NCBI GenBank assembly: GCA_022605425.2
Contig: CM061247.1
Location: 868,001 to 932,000 of the forward strand
Source: Hamiltosporidium tvaerminnensis FI-OER-3-3
Taxonomy: Eukaryota > Fungi > Microsporidia
Reading direction: 5' to 3'
DNA length: 64,000 bases
Every line of letters starts with the position of its first letter. The first letter of the stretch is position 1. The notes beneath the pieces are model-generated. The model saw only the letters and a list, made by a program, of their open reading frames with translations. It made no database searches and was not told the origin of the DNA. The position numbers and the translations under genes were made by a program. Below are positions 38,991 through 51,574 of this stretch, one piece after another.

Positions 38991-39500
38991 TCAAATATAT
39001 AAATGGCTCAATCTTTCCTTGGGATCACTTATCCCTTCCCATCTTTTTTTCCTTTTATTCTTCTGTACATTGCTCTTTTCGTTCTTAACTTGCCTTTTAA
39101 TTGATTTGGTGCTTAGAATCGAAGAAGAATTGTCTAGATAATTTACACTATCGTTTTTTGTATTGTTTTTGAAGATTTTTTTCGATTCATTTTTACATTT
39201 TTCATCACCACAATTATCATAAACATAAACTTGCACCATTGCTACGTAAACCGGTGCTTCTTTTATTTTGTTGAAATCATTATCCACACCTTCTTTAAAA
39301 GGTAAGCCTAGACAAATTCTTTGTCTAGCTTCATTTTTGACAATAGAACGAGGCTCATTATTGTAATGTTTTACAGGTTTTGTATCATTGAGCTTCCAAT
39401 GATCATCAACAACCTTCAGTGTGTTGACATTACTTGATTGATCATTTTTGGGATTTGCTATATTTTCCCAGAATTTAATTAGATCTTTTACGCTTTTCAT
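38991..39500 (-). CDS. Hypothetical protein (169 aa) with N-terminal SVxxLxxxWE motif and basic C-terminus
   Basis: Open frame standing out in a stop-rich region; starts MKSVKDLIKFWE and ends with KNKRKKRW (NLS-like). Confidence 0.7.
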   Translation of the reverse strand: MKSVKDLIKFWENIANPKNDQSSNVNTLKVVDDHWKLNDTKPVKHYNNEPRSIVKNEARQRICLGLPFKEGVDNDFNKIKEAPVYVAMVQVYVYDNCGDEKCKNESKKIFKNNTKNDSVNYLDNSSSILSTKSIKRQVKNEKSNVQKNKRKKRWEGISDPKERLSHLYI

Positions 39501-42500
39501 TGTTTATTTGTATTTTTCAAACATAAATACTTTTAATATTGTTCTCGAACACTTTTGGAATTTCTTTTTGATGATCAGGAATCAGTATAACAAAACAAAA
39601 AAAGAACAATTATATGTTCTTTTTTAAATAATCCATATTTTAGGATGTTTTGAAAGGTATTTGGTAATAAAATGCAGCTTAAGTTATTTTGTGTTCAAAT
39701 ATCGTTTTTAATCTGAAGTTTAATTAATAAAAATTTGAATATAAATCTTTTTTAAAGGATATAAAAATCAACATAGAATGGATTTATTTGGTTTTAAACA
39801 TTTTATCCTCACGAATTAAATGCTTAAATTAAAAATTTGTACTTGCAAAAGAATATGGAAAAGAAATCTAAACATTTACATTAACAAATAAAATCATAAA
39901 TTTATTTTTATAGATTTAATCAGATTTATGTAACAACTTGAAACAAAATCATCATTATTGATTATTTGATCTCTTTTGTATACAATAAACACATTCATGT
40001 AAAATAGTATTGTGTAATTAAGATTATATGTATTTAAAGTATTATATAAAAACCCAATAAATTTTAAATAATTACATTTGAATATTTAGTTTAAAAAGCA
40101 AGTTAAAATGGGATAATTCAGCTCTAAATATGCAAAGTAATCATATAAAAATGTATCAACTTTAAAAAATATTTCCATATCAATTAAATGTAGTTGAAGC
40201 ATATTTTTTTATTAGATTGAAGCCATAAAATAAGAATTTCAATTGAAATTTCTAATTTAGATATAAATTTATTTAATGAAACCAACTAAATTGAAATTGA
40301 GGAATATCGAATAAATTCATAGTTAAAGAAATATTCTTGAAGGATTGAGACAAGGTTTTCCTTTTTATACCTCGTAATATTTATTGCAAATTTTTAATTT
40401 TATTATTCTATTCAGTAATTTAATTTTATTACATCTTAAATATCGATTTCCTCTTCATATTCCAAATAGATCTTTGGTCTTCTATGGCTTTACAAAAACA
40501 TAAGAGTTTTAGATCTATTCTTTATGTGTTAGACATGTTAAAATCAGATACTTATAATTCAATGTTTTATATTTTTTGTTTAGATTTAAATGATTTTATA
40601 AAATGCATTGATGCTTTTTCTGGATATTCTGCGACATTCTGTATTAGCTAATATCTTGGTTGCGTGTAAAATATATACTTTATATCTACTTTTATAGGGT
40701 TATCAATTATTTAAACTAATTGATGCACTGGCATTTTAGTTATTTATGATATTTACCGGGCAATTTGTGATAAAACCTCTTGATGTCTACATATAGGAGG
40801 ATCTACGGGTATTTATTTATAGAAAATGCCTTGAGATTGCTATTCAGAATAATTTATTGCTTTTTATATTTTTTTGGTATCGAAAATTTAAGAAGATTTT
40901 TAAGTCTCAATTTTATCAACTACAAGTATTTTCTCTTTAATTTCCCTTTCACCATCTTTTTTTTAAATTTATCGATTCGAAGTTTTTCAGCAATTTTTAT
41001 TTTTGTTGTCCTTCTTGTTTAGCGTACTGAGTTTATATGATTTCTTAAAATGTGTTATCGGATTAAATTTTTTAAATCTAGATTTATTTCTTCTGATAAA
41101 AGTGAAAAACCTATTCAATCAACTATTTTTGTATGTTTTGTTCGGCTATATATTTTCCAGTTGGATTGCTAGATTCTAATATATCTCGGCAAATGAACTG
41201 AGGAATTTACGATTTGTTTTCATTTCTGAACAATATGTTATCTTGGATATAGCAATTGCTCCTTATATTTAGTTCGGATATATTATTAATATTAAATACC
41301 TGGCTTTGTTCCCATTCTGTAAAACTGAATATTCGATTTTAGATTTTACATTAATATTCGTTTATTGTGCTTTTTTACCTCTTTTTGTTTAGATTTCTTT
41401 TGTTCCCTTTTTTGGGCCTAAAAACCTTTTTATATGCTCAAGATTTGCTATATATTTCTTATTCTTTATGATTCTAACTTTATAATCCTTTTTTTTGCTT
41501 TTCTAAAGCTATTTTAGAATTTCCATAAGTATTTGTTAAGACCGGGTGGTGAGAGGATAACCACATAAAAAACTATCTGTTTGGCAATGAACATGTGGAA
41601 TTGGTGTATAATCTTATTGTTTCTTTTTGTGGGATATAAACCGTACTGGATCTATAGGTCAATCTTCTATAATCCCGAGTTACAATAGATTAAAAAATGC
41701 AATCGGGAAACTTCCAGTTGTTCATCCTAGACACTGCAAGGTAAAACCGAAATGAAATAAGAAAGGCTGTATGAAGACTTAAAAATATATTCAAATAGTA
41801 TATATATTCCGTGTTTGGTAATATAAAATATAAATTACATAAAAAATAAGTAAATCTGTCATCTATTGATATACTATATGAATAGATTGTTCGACATTGA
41901 CTATTAAGAAATAGTAAGATTCTGTTGTTATTGAATGCTAAACCATATTTTAGTATCGTTGAATTCATTGGATTAAAGTGAATTTTTCAATATATCTTTA
42001 AATGGTCAAAGACTCGTTGTACTTATATTATTTAAGACATCTGTTTTTTAGACTTTACTTTTTTGTTCTTAGAAATTTTTTCATTCGAACTTTGTTGTAA
42101 AAAATATGTTTTCACGTATCACTAGCATATTTTTATTTCTTCGGGCTTCACAAAAATTTTTCAATTTTCAAAAAAACAGATATAAGCAATATATCAATTA
42201 CTATATATTTAAATAATTAGTTTAATAATAAGAATAAATGTTAAAAATATATATATTTCACTCTGTTTATACTTCATTTTTATTTAAAGAAAATGTTGAA
42301 TATTTATTTACTTTTAAGATATATTTTGGCTTTTTCAAAAATGTTAAATGAATTTTTTTGATAAATAAACTATATTGAAATTTATTAGTGTTACGTAATA
42401 AGTAAAAAAGAAATGAAGTAAGGATATTCATTATATAATGGTATTAATATTTAAAAAAATGCAGATAAATCCACTTGAGTAAAATCAAATATTATTTTGT

Positions 42501-43343
42501 TTTTTCTCAATGTTTTGAGTTGATTTTCCTTGTAAACTTCGTAAAATTATTTGATTTTTCAAAAATATTGAATTTGAGATCAAAATTGTTTTTTGTATAG
42601 TAATGTTATAAAATGAAACGGGGGGGGGGGTTTAAGCAGGCTTTAGGTTACTGTAACCAATGATTCATATATCTACGACAAAAAGTATATTCAAAGAATA
42701 TAAAATATTTTCATAAAGTAGAAATTACAGAATTTTATTTGAGAACCCATGAAATATTTACCTTCTTTTTGTTTGATAATACAAATTTCAGAATTGAAAA
42801 AATAAATCAAAATACATATTAAGAGTCTTTCTTAAAGGTTTTTGAAATCCAATTCTTTGTTTATCAGTTTAGCTTTAATTGTTTCGATTACATCTAAACC
42901 TTTAATTTTTAAAGTTAACTTAATATAAAATTTTAGAGCGCATATGTATTCAGGTAAAATAACTGAAATAAACAATTTTAACTATTTTGAAAATATTCCT
43001 ACCTTATATCGAATATTCTGGTTTTAAAATTCATTTTATTGATAATATTATACTTTAATATCAGTAAATTATATATATTACAGAAGATTTATTTAACATT
43101 CAAATTTTTAAATTACATCACAATTCATACAATAATTTTTTTAATCAAAAAATCGTAAAATGCTAATATTATATGCAAGTAATTTATACATACTTGACAA
43201 ATAATCTTGTACGAATTTATCAAATCTAAAACATATTGTTTTAAATTACAAACAAAGGCTTTGTCGAATTACTATTTTAGTCTATCATCAAAAATCAAAT
43301 TAAAATTAAATTTTAAACCATGCTTAAGAAAATTAAAATTTTA

Positions 43344-46300
43344 TATTTAATAAAATTCCGGGTTAAAATATTTTTACCATTTTTATATGTTTTCTCCTAC
43401 GCCATTAACCATGCTGTCTCTTCTTCCAAATCCGACTCTTCATTTATGTTATTGGTCGGTTCCTCTAAAGTGGTTCCTCCTTTTGAAATAAGGGGTTCTT
43501 TATTTTTCGCTTTAAAATTTTTGCACCATCTTCCTCTTTCTTCGTTTCTTTTAAAGGGGGTGTTGGTTCCTCATGCATCTCTGTTCTCATAATAACACCC
43601 ATCGAGGCTCTCTCCCAGCTCTCTTCGGCATTTAGTTCTGACTCAAGTCCTCTTTGTCGATCAAAGGAAATTGTTTCGACTGTCTTCTTAAGTACTATAG
43701 ACTGAATGTATGCTTCTACATTCATGGGTATTTCTAGTCTTTTAAGATGAGATTTATGGTATTTTGTCACAATACCGTCCCAGGTCATCACATAAGGGAT
43801 TATCTCAACACTAAACTTATAAATAAGACCCAACTCATTGGCTAACAGGTCCTACTTCCTAAGTTTTTCAGTTTCAACTATTTGAAGTGAATCTTGGGAA
43901 GTGATTCCTACTTCAATGATTGTTATCTTATTCTTCTTCTTATCTAAAATAAATATTTTGGGTCTGTTATTCCGAATTTTAACATCGGTTTTTATTCTGG
44001 TGTCCACTCTTATCTCTGCATACTCATTATCAAGAATTTCTTGAACTGAGTGACTCCTTATTCGTTTGGAAGACTTAAACTTATATCTATTTAGAAGAAG
44101 TAGGTGTAGGCATCTGACCACCTCATTATGCCGTCTGGTGTAGTCATGACCTAGCATTTTTTCACATCGAGTTGCTAGATGATCTACAGTCTTACCAGAC
44201 TTCCCGCAATGTTGACACATACCATCTTCTCCCCAGAATACATTTCTATCTTGGATATAGCAGAACACTGCTTCATTTCGTGGCCTAATATTTCCTCTCT
44301 TTAGCCATCTTGAAGAGTCACTAACACACACAAGCTCATTTTTCCTTGCATTATATAACTTTGAATGGAGTTTTCGTTTTTCTATTTCGTTATATAGTTT
44401 TGCAAGTTGAGCTTCTTCTAAACTTTTCTTAGTGACTTCTTCTACCAACCTGTACTTTACTTTTAAGAAGCCTTTTATTAGTGCAAGATGGGTTTTATTA
44501 TTATTCTCCACCTTGAGGATTGCTGCTCGTCTAGTTGATATTTCTTTACTTTTTTCCAGACAATCCAAGAGTTGCAGAAGCATATGTTCGCTTCGCAACT
44601 CAACACTATGTAGGCCTCTTCCAAGTTCTGTTCTAGGAAGATACAACCGCTCTTTACATCCTGGGCGGAGATGTATCTTATTTTTAACCAACACCGCACG
44701 CACTGCATCATCTAACTTAGAGAAGTCAGCCGGTTCAAGTCGAAGTACTCCTATGTGGTAGTTGATTAACGATATCGCATGTTGATTGATTGCAGAAAAT
44801 AAATTTTTTGCATTTAATCTAGTGTGACAAAGTCTTTCAACTCTTGATATAAGTTTGCTCTGTACTTCTTCAAATGAGCTACGTGTTGGGATTCCTCTGC
44901 TATCTTCTATTATTCCTAAATATTTGTAAACACTAACACCTTCTAGAAGAGTAGCAGTATCTTCACAACACGTATCATTTGTGGCTGACTTCTCTTTGTT
45001 AATCTCTAAGCCAATCACCTCTAAAAATTCCTTTGCCTCGCCTGTCATAGCACTCAATGTGGAGCTGTCTTTTGCAAGGAGCTTAAGATAATCAATAAAC
45101 AAGAGATGATTAGTAGAATGGGATTCTGCATCTGTTTGTACTGTCACTTTTGTGTATTTTTCATTAAGCTTTCGGTTCAATGGATCCATACACAGCACAA
45201 ACAACAAAGGTGACAAACTATCTCCTTGTAGAATCCCTCTCTCAATCTTCTTGCTCATGATTTTTTCAGGCCCTACTGATATATCAATTTTCCATTTTGA
45301 TATAATTACCTTAATAAATTTCAGGATCCAATCAGGTAAACTAAGGTTTTCAATGCATTGAGTTAAATAAGCATGATCTATTGAATCATAAGCTTTTTTA
45401 ACATCAATCCATGTTGCCTTAAGATTATTTCCATACTCTTTATTTAAGGCAATATTCAGTAGAGCCTGCTCTTTCGCTCCCTGCACACCTCTAACTGGTC
45501 CCAACTGGTTCTCCGCTAGCAACCCTCGCCTTTCCACTTCAAGTTGAACGACTTTCGTTACACACTTTGTCGTTAACTTATAGAGGTTGGACATACAAGT
45601 GATTGGCCTGTAGTCAGAGCCTCTTCGTGGAATTCCTTTCGGTATGAAATACGTAAGCCCGCTGCAAAACCAATCAGCTTGAGGTGTTCCTTCTAAACAT
45701 ATAACTTTCACAATATCATAAAGATATTTGTGAAGAGTTGTAAGTTTCTTAATGAAAAAATTGTAAATACCATCAATTCCAGCAGCTTTCCAATTAGGGA
45801 GCCAATTAATGATATTCACAAATTCATCAAGTGAAGGAAACGTGGTCGGATGATTATCTGATACAAATGGAATCAAATAATCATCGTACGTGACTGTGTC
45901 ATCATTTTTGTTCCACATTGTAGACCAAAAACTCACAATTTACTCACGGCTAACCACATGCTCGGATTCTACACGCTCGGATAACCCACGATAAAATCGA
46001 CCTCGGAAAAGCTCAAACATACGATTCTCTTTTCGGAATTGCTTCCTACTTTCATGCATCGTAATTTTTTTCTCGTAAACATTCAAAGACTCATTCTTCT
46101 TAACTAAAGCCTCAGAAAGATCAGTTACGCTGCTCAAGTTTAAATTAACTCTCGCATGATTTTCTTAAGGCTCTTCGTTTCCGAAGTGGAGAGCTTTTCC
46201 TGCTTACGAGCTTTCTCGAGGAGATCTTTTGAAAGTACTAACTTAGAAGTTTTACTTTCTATGTTTTCCTTCCAAGCGGATCTAGGCTTCTCTTTACGTG

Positions 46301-47149
46301 TTGCCTCGTCAAAGCATACCTGCGCAGCTTGCATGATATACGCGGCTTCCGTAATTGACTCAGGTACATGAGCTCCTGCATATTCACCGACTACTCGATT
46401 TATGAGATCCAGAACTTTACTATCAACCAATTCATTTGGATGTTTTCTAGTTCGGACCACCACTTTTCTAATTTCGTTCTCAGAGATTTCTTTGATTTTA
46501 CTCAAGAATTTATCTCTCAGGTTTATGTACTCCGTGGTGTCGGTCAAGGTGCATGTATCAGCGAGACAAGTGGCGATTCTACGTCGCTCTCCATTCTCTT
46601 CTGATTTTACATCCTTTCCCATCTCACTTTGTGCCAATTTTTTTAACACTTCGAGAGTTTCAGTGCAGCCGAATTTCTCATTATAGTACCTGTGAAGCTC
46701 TGTCCAGCCATTTCTTGGCATTCTTTCAAACCTTGTCTGTACTGCAAAAAAAACAATTCGAGGCCATTCCTTCGGGTCGGCTGTTACGGAATCGAATATC
46801 GTCCGCAATGCCATTAGCCTGTTACCTTCCGGAATAGCTAGAGTACAGGGGCTTGTCATGTCGTACGATGGCTCGCACGCAGAGACTTCAACCGAAGAGG
46901 GAACTGGTGCATTAGGCGAAGGTAAGGTGTCAAGCCCACTATTTTGCATTTTACTGCATGTTTGGCTTGGTGGTGGAGGTGTTATTGTTGTGTAGGAGGA
47001 GGAAGGTAGGGGAATCGCCGGTGGGTGTAGCTTACATTTTTGTATCTCACTATCACTCTTTTTCACCTCATCAGCGTCGTTTGCAGCCTTTATTTTGGTA
47101 TTATTCGATATTTCGCTGCTAACATTTTTCTTTACCCATTTTGCTTAGT
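43344..47149 (-). mobile_element. Full-length RT-REL retrotransposon (copy A), few lesions
   Basis: ATG at 47139; ORFs 46140-47066, 45940-46137, 43852-45936, 43465-43833. CCHC CQHC..H...C; REL RP(K)I..IEVG..EKLRK; RT motif mutated to FIDY. Confidence 0.96.
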
Positions 47150-47603
47150 ACGATCTTTCTATATAAAAATAGAAAAATATATTATTGAAATTTTTAAGAG
47201 TCTTCCGGCCACGCAATTCAACTACGTCAAAAAATTCGCTCGAGGTTTTATTTCCAATTTCGGCTCTAACTATTTGTGCAAAGAAATATTCTCTAAAATG
47301 AAATATACAAAAAACATTTATAGATTTTAATCAGCAGATAAGCACTTTATTTCGTTGCTGGTTGTTTCTACTAGTAATTTGCACCCACATTTTCAACAAA
47401 TATTCACCATAAAATCTCAACTACATCAATCTCATCAATAATAAATTATGAAATATGTTCATTGATATTTCATTTTGATTTTTGGTATAAAATAAGATAA
47501 AAATAGTTGCTGGTTAAAAAAAAACCTGGAAACTCTATGAATCTTCTTTGTATTACAAATTCATGGATAAATTATCTATAATTAAAATTATTTTTGTACT
47601 ATT
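47150..47603 (+). mobile_element. hAT transposase C-terminus and 3' flank, fossil (paralogue of 33360-33876)
   Basis: FKSLPATQF..FISNFGSNYLCKEIFSKMKYTKNIYR..DKHFISLLVVSTSNLHP..SQLHQSH. Confidence 0.88.
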
Positions 47604-47771
47604 TAAAATTTTAAAACCAAAAAAAAATACACCCCTTATTTCACAAGGAGGAACCAGTTTAGAGGAACCGACCAATAACATAAATGAAGAGTCGGATTTG
47701 GAAGAAGAGACAGTAGTGGTTAAAGAGGTAGAAGAAAACATATAAAAATGTTAAAAATATTTTAACCTAGA
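47604..47771 (+). mobile_element. About 170-bp 5'-truncated retrotransposon 3' end with its own 14-bp TSD
   Basis: Family tail (EEPTNNINEESDLEEE..) flanked by ATTTTTGTACTATT at 47590-47603 and 47772-47785. Confidence 0.88.
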
Positions 47772-47785
47772 ATTTTTGTACTATT

Positions 47786-50700
47786 AAAATAATGGGTAGA
47801 AGGAAAAAAGTAGACAGCGAAAATATAAAAAAAGAAAAAATAAAGGCTGTAAACAACTTGGAGAACAGCGCAGGAGAGATTTTAATGTGTGAGGCAGATT
47901 TAGCAATGGTATCCGAGAGACTTCCACCTTCACCGAACTTCCATGACACCACCCACCAACCACCAAGCAGTAGTTGACAGACTAGTCCAGTCTGCTTGCT
48001 TGACACCATACGCTCGTCTTCTGGTACCGATGCCACTGCGTTTGGACTAGCCAACGGCATGAAAAACCTCAATACAGATGACACTCTAGAAGGGAATTGA
48101 CTGATGGTATTACACTCAATACTTGACTCTGTCACAGTCGTAGAGCAGGAATGGCCTAGATCTGCTATTCTAGCAGTACAAAAGAGGCTTAAGAGAATGC
48201 CCAGAAATGGCTGGCCCGCTACTCTGAGGTACTATAATGAGAAATTTAGCTACACACTAGATATCGATGCGTTTAAAAAACTCGCAAAAATGAGGCAGAA
48301 AGGTAAATAAGGCAAGAAGAGAATAGAGAGCGACGTAGAATCGCCACGTGTCTCACTGAGCAATGCACCCCGACTGACACCACGGAGTAAATAAATCCGA
48401 GAGATAAATTTTTGAGTAAAATCAAAGAAATCTCGGAGAGGTAAATTAGAAAAGTGGTCGTCCGAACTCGAAAGCTTCCAAGTGAATTGATTGACAGTAA
48501 AATTTTGAACCTTATTAATCGAATAATCGGTGAGTATGCTGATTCTTCTCCCGATGACGAGAACTGCTGTAGCACGGATAATCCAGGCAGCCCAGTTAGG
48601 CTTTGACGAGGCAACACGTAAAGAGAAGCCTAGATCCGCTTGGAAGGAAAACATAGAAAGTAAAACTTCTAAGTTAGTACTTTCAAAAGATCTCCTCGAG
48701 AAAGCTCGTAAGCAGGAAAAGCTCTCCACTTCGGAAACGAAGAGCCTTAAGAAAATCATGCGAGAGTTAATTTAAACTTGAGCAGCGTAACTGATCTTTC
48801 TGAGGCTTTAGTTAAGAAGAATGAGTCTTTGAATGTTTACGAGAAAAAAATTACGATGCATGAAAGTAGGAAGCAATTCCGAAAAGAGAATCGTATGTTT
48901 GAGCTTTTCCGAGGTCGATTTTATCGTGGGTTATCCGAGCGTGTAGAATCCGAGCATGTGGTTAGCCGTGAGTAAATTGTGAGTTTTTGGTCTACAATGT
49001 GGAACAAAAATGATGACACAGTCACGTACGATGATTATTTGATTCCATTTGTATCAGATAATCATCCGACCACGTTTCCTTCACTTGATGAATTTGTGAA
49101 TATCATTAATTGGCTCCCTAATTGGAAAGCTGCTGGAATTGATGGTATTTACAATTTTTTCATTAAGAAACTTAAACTCTTCACAAATATATTTATGATA
49201 TTTTGAAAGTTATATGTTATGAAGGAACACCTCAAGCTGATTGGTTTTACTGCGGGCTTACGTATTTGATACCGAAAGGAATTCCAAGAAGAGGCTCTGA
49301 CTACAGGCCAATCACTTGTATGTCCAACCTCTATAAGTTAACGACAAAGTGTGTAACGAAAGTCGTTCAACTTGAAGTGGAAAGGCGAGGGTTGCTAGCA
49401 GAGAACCAGTTGGGACCAGTTAGAGGTGTGCAGGGAGCGAAAGAGCAGGCTCTACTGAATATTGCCTTAAATAAAGAGTATGGAAATAATCTTAAGGCAA
49501 CATGGATTGATGTTAAAAAAGCTTATGATTCAATAGATTATGCTTATTTAACTCAATGCATTGAAAACCTTAGTTTACCTGATTGGATCCTGAAATTTAT
49601 TAAGGTAATTATATCAAAATGGAAAATTGATATATCAGTAGGAGCTGAAAAAATCATGAGCAAGAAGATTGAGAGAGGGATTCTGCAAGGAGATAGTTTG
49701 TCACATTTGTTGTTTGTGCTGTGTATGAATCCATTGAACCGAAAGCTTAATGAAAAATACACAAAAGTGACAGTACAAACAGATGCAGAATCCCATTCTA
49801 CTAATCATCTCTTGTTTATTGATTATCTTAAGCTCCTTGCAAAAGACAGCTCCACATTGAGTGCTATGACAGGCGAGGCAAAGGAATTTTTAGAGGTGAT
49901 TGGCTTAGAGATTAACAAAGAGAAGTCAGCCACAAATGATACGTGTTGTGAAGATACTGCTACTCTTCTAGAAGGTGTTAGTGTTTACAAATATTTAGGA
50001 ATAATAGAAGATAGCAGAGGAATCCCAACACGTAGCTCATTTGAAGAAGTACAGAGCAAACTTATATCAAGAGTTGAAAGACTTTGTCACACTAGATTAA
50101 ATGCAAAAAATTTATTTTCTGCAATCAATCAACATGCGATATCGTTAATCAACTACCACATAGGAGTACTTCGACTTGAACCGGCTGACTTCTCTAAGTT
50201 AGATGATGCAGTGCGTGCGGTGTTGGTTAAAAATAAGATACATCTCCGCCCAGGATGTAAAGAGCGGTTGTATCTTCCTAGAACAGAACTTGGAAGAGGC
50301 CTACATAGTGTTGAGTTGCGAAGCGAACATATGCTTCTGCAACTCTTGGATTGTCTGGAAAAAAGTAAAGAAATATCAACTAGACGAGCAGCAATCCTCA
50401 AGGTGGAGAATAATAATAAAACCCATCTTGCACTAATAAAAGGCTTCTTAAAAGTAAAGTACAGGTTGGTAGAAGAAGTCACTAAGAAAAGTTTAGAAGA
50501 AGCTCAACTTGCAAAACTATATAACGAAATAGAAAAACGAAAACTCCATTCAAAGTTATATAATGCAAGGAAAAATGAGCTTGTGTGTGTTAGTGACTCT
50601 TCAAGATGGCTAAAGAGAGGAAATATTAGGCCACGAAATGAAGCTGTGTTCTGCTATATCCAGGATAGAAATGTATTCTGGGGAGCAGATGGTGTGTGTC

Positions 50701-51574
50701 AACATTGCGGGAAGTCTGGTAAGACTGTGGATCATCTAGCAACTAGATGTGAAAAAATGCTAGGCCATGATTACACTAGACGGCATAATGAAGTGGTTAG
50801 ATGCCTACACCTTCTCCTTCTAAATAGATATAAGTTTAAGTCTTCAAAACGAATAAGGAGCCACTCAGTTCAAGAAATTCTTGATAATGAGTATGCAGAG
50901 ATAAGAGTGGACACCAGAATTAAAACTGATGTTAAAATTCGGAATAACAGACCGGACATATTTATTTTAGATAAGAAGAAGAATAAGATAACACTCATTG
51001 AAGTAGGAATCACTTCCCAAGATTCACTTCAAATAGTTGAAACTGAAAAACTTAGGAAGTATGACCTGCTAGCCAATGAGTTGGGCCTTATTTATAAGTG
51101 TAGTGTTGAGATAATCCCTTATGTGATGACCTGGGACGGTATTGTGACAAAATACCATAAATCTCATCTTAAAAGACTAGAAATACCCATGAATGTAGAA
51201 GCATACATTCAGTCTATAGTACTCAAGAAGACAGTCGAAACAATTTCCTTTGATCGACGAAGAGGACTTGAGTCAGGACTAAATGCCGAAGAGAGCTGGG
51301 AAAGAGCGTCAGTGAGTGTTATTATGAGATCAGAGATGCATGAGGAACCAATACCCCCTTTAAAAGAAGCGAAAACAGAGGAAGATGGTGCCAAAAATTT
51401 TAAACCAAAATATAAAGCCCCCTTTATTTTACAAGAAGGAACCACTTTAGAGGAACCGACCAATAACATAAATGAAGAGTCGGATTTGGAAGAAGAGACA
51501 AAAGTGGTCAAAGAGGTAGAAGAAAACATGTAAAAATGGTAAAAAATATTTTAACCCAGAATTTTATTAAATAA
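47786..51574 (+). mobile_element. Full-length RT-REL retrotransposon (copy B), divergent and degenerate 5' about 0.8 kb
   Basis: ATG 47792 (MGRRKK); ORF 49203..51533 has RT, CCHC, PDIFILD..IEVG..EKLRKY endonuclease and an acidic tail; 3' end AACCCAGAATTTTATTAAATAA. Confidence 0.96.

Noticed and set aside
43852-51533. RT as a bacterial retron, DGR, group II intron or telomerase
   Set aside because: CCHC + PD..E.K endonuclease, RLYLPR..GRGL, 5'-truncated copies and TSDs identify a non-LTR retrotransposon.
51551-51557. TTAACCC as telomeric repeat
   Set aside because: Single unit only, not reiterated.
47604-51574. True LTR retrotransposon
   Set aside because: No gag, integrase or TG..CA ends; the upstream repeat has its own TSD and is a separate truncated insertion.
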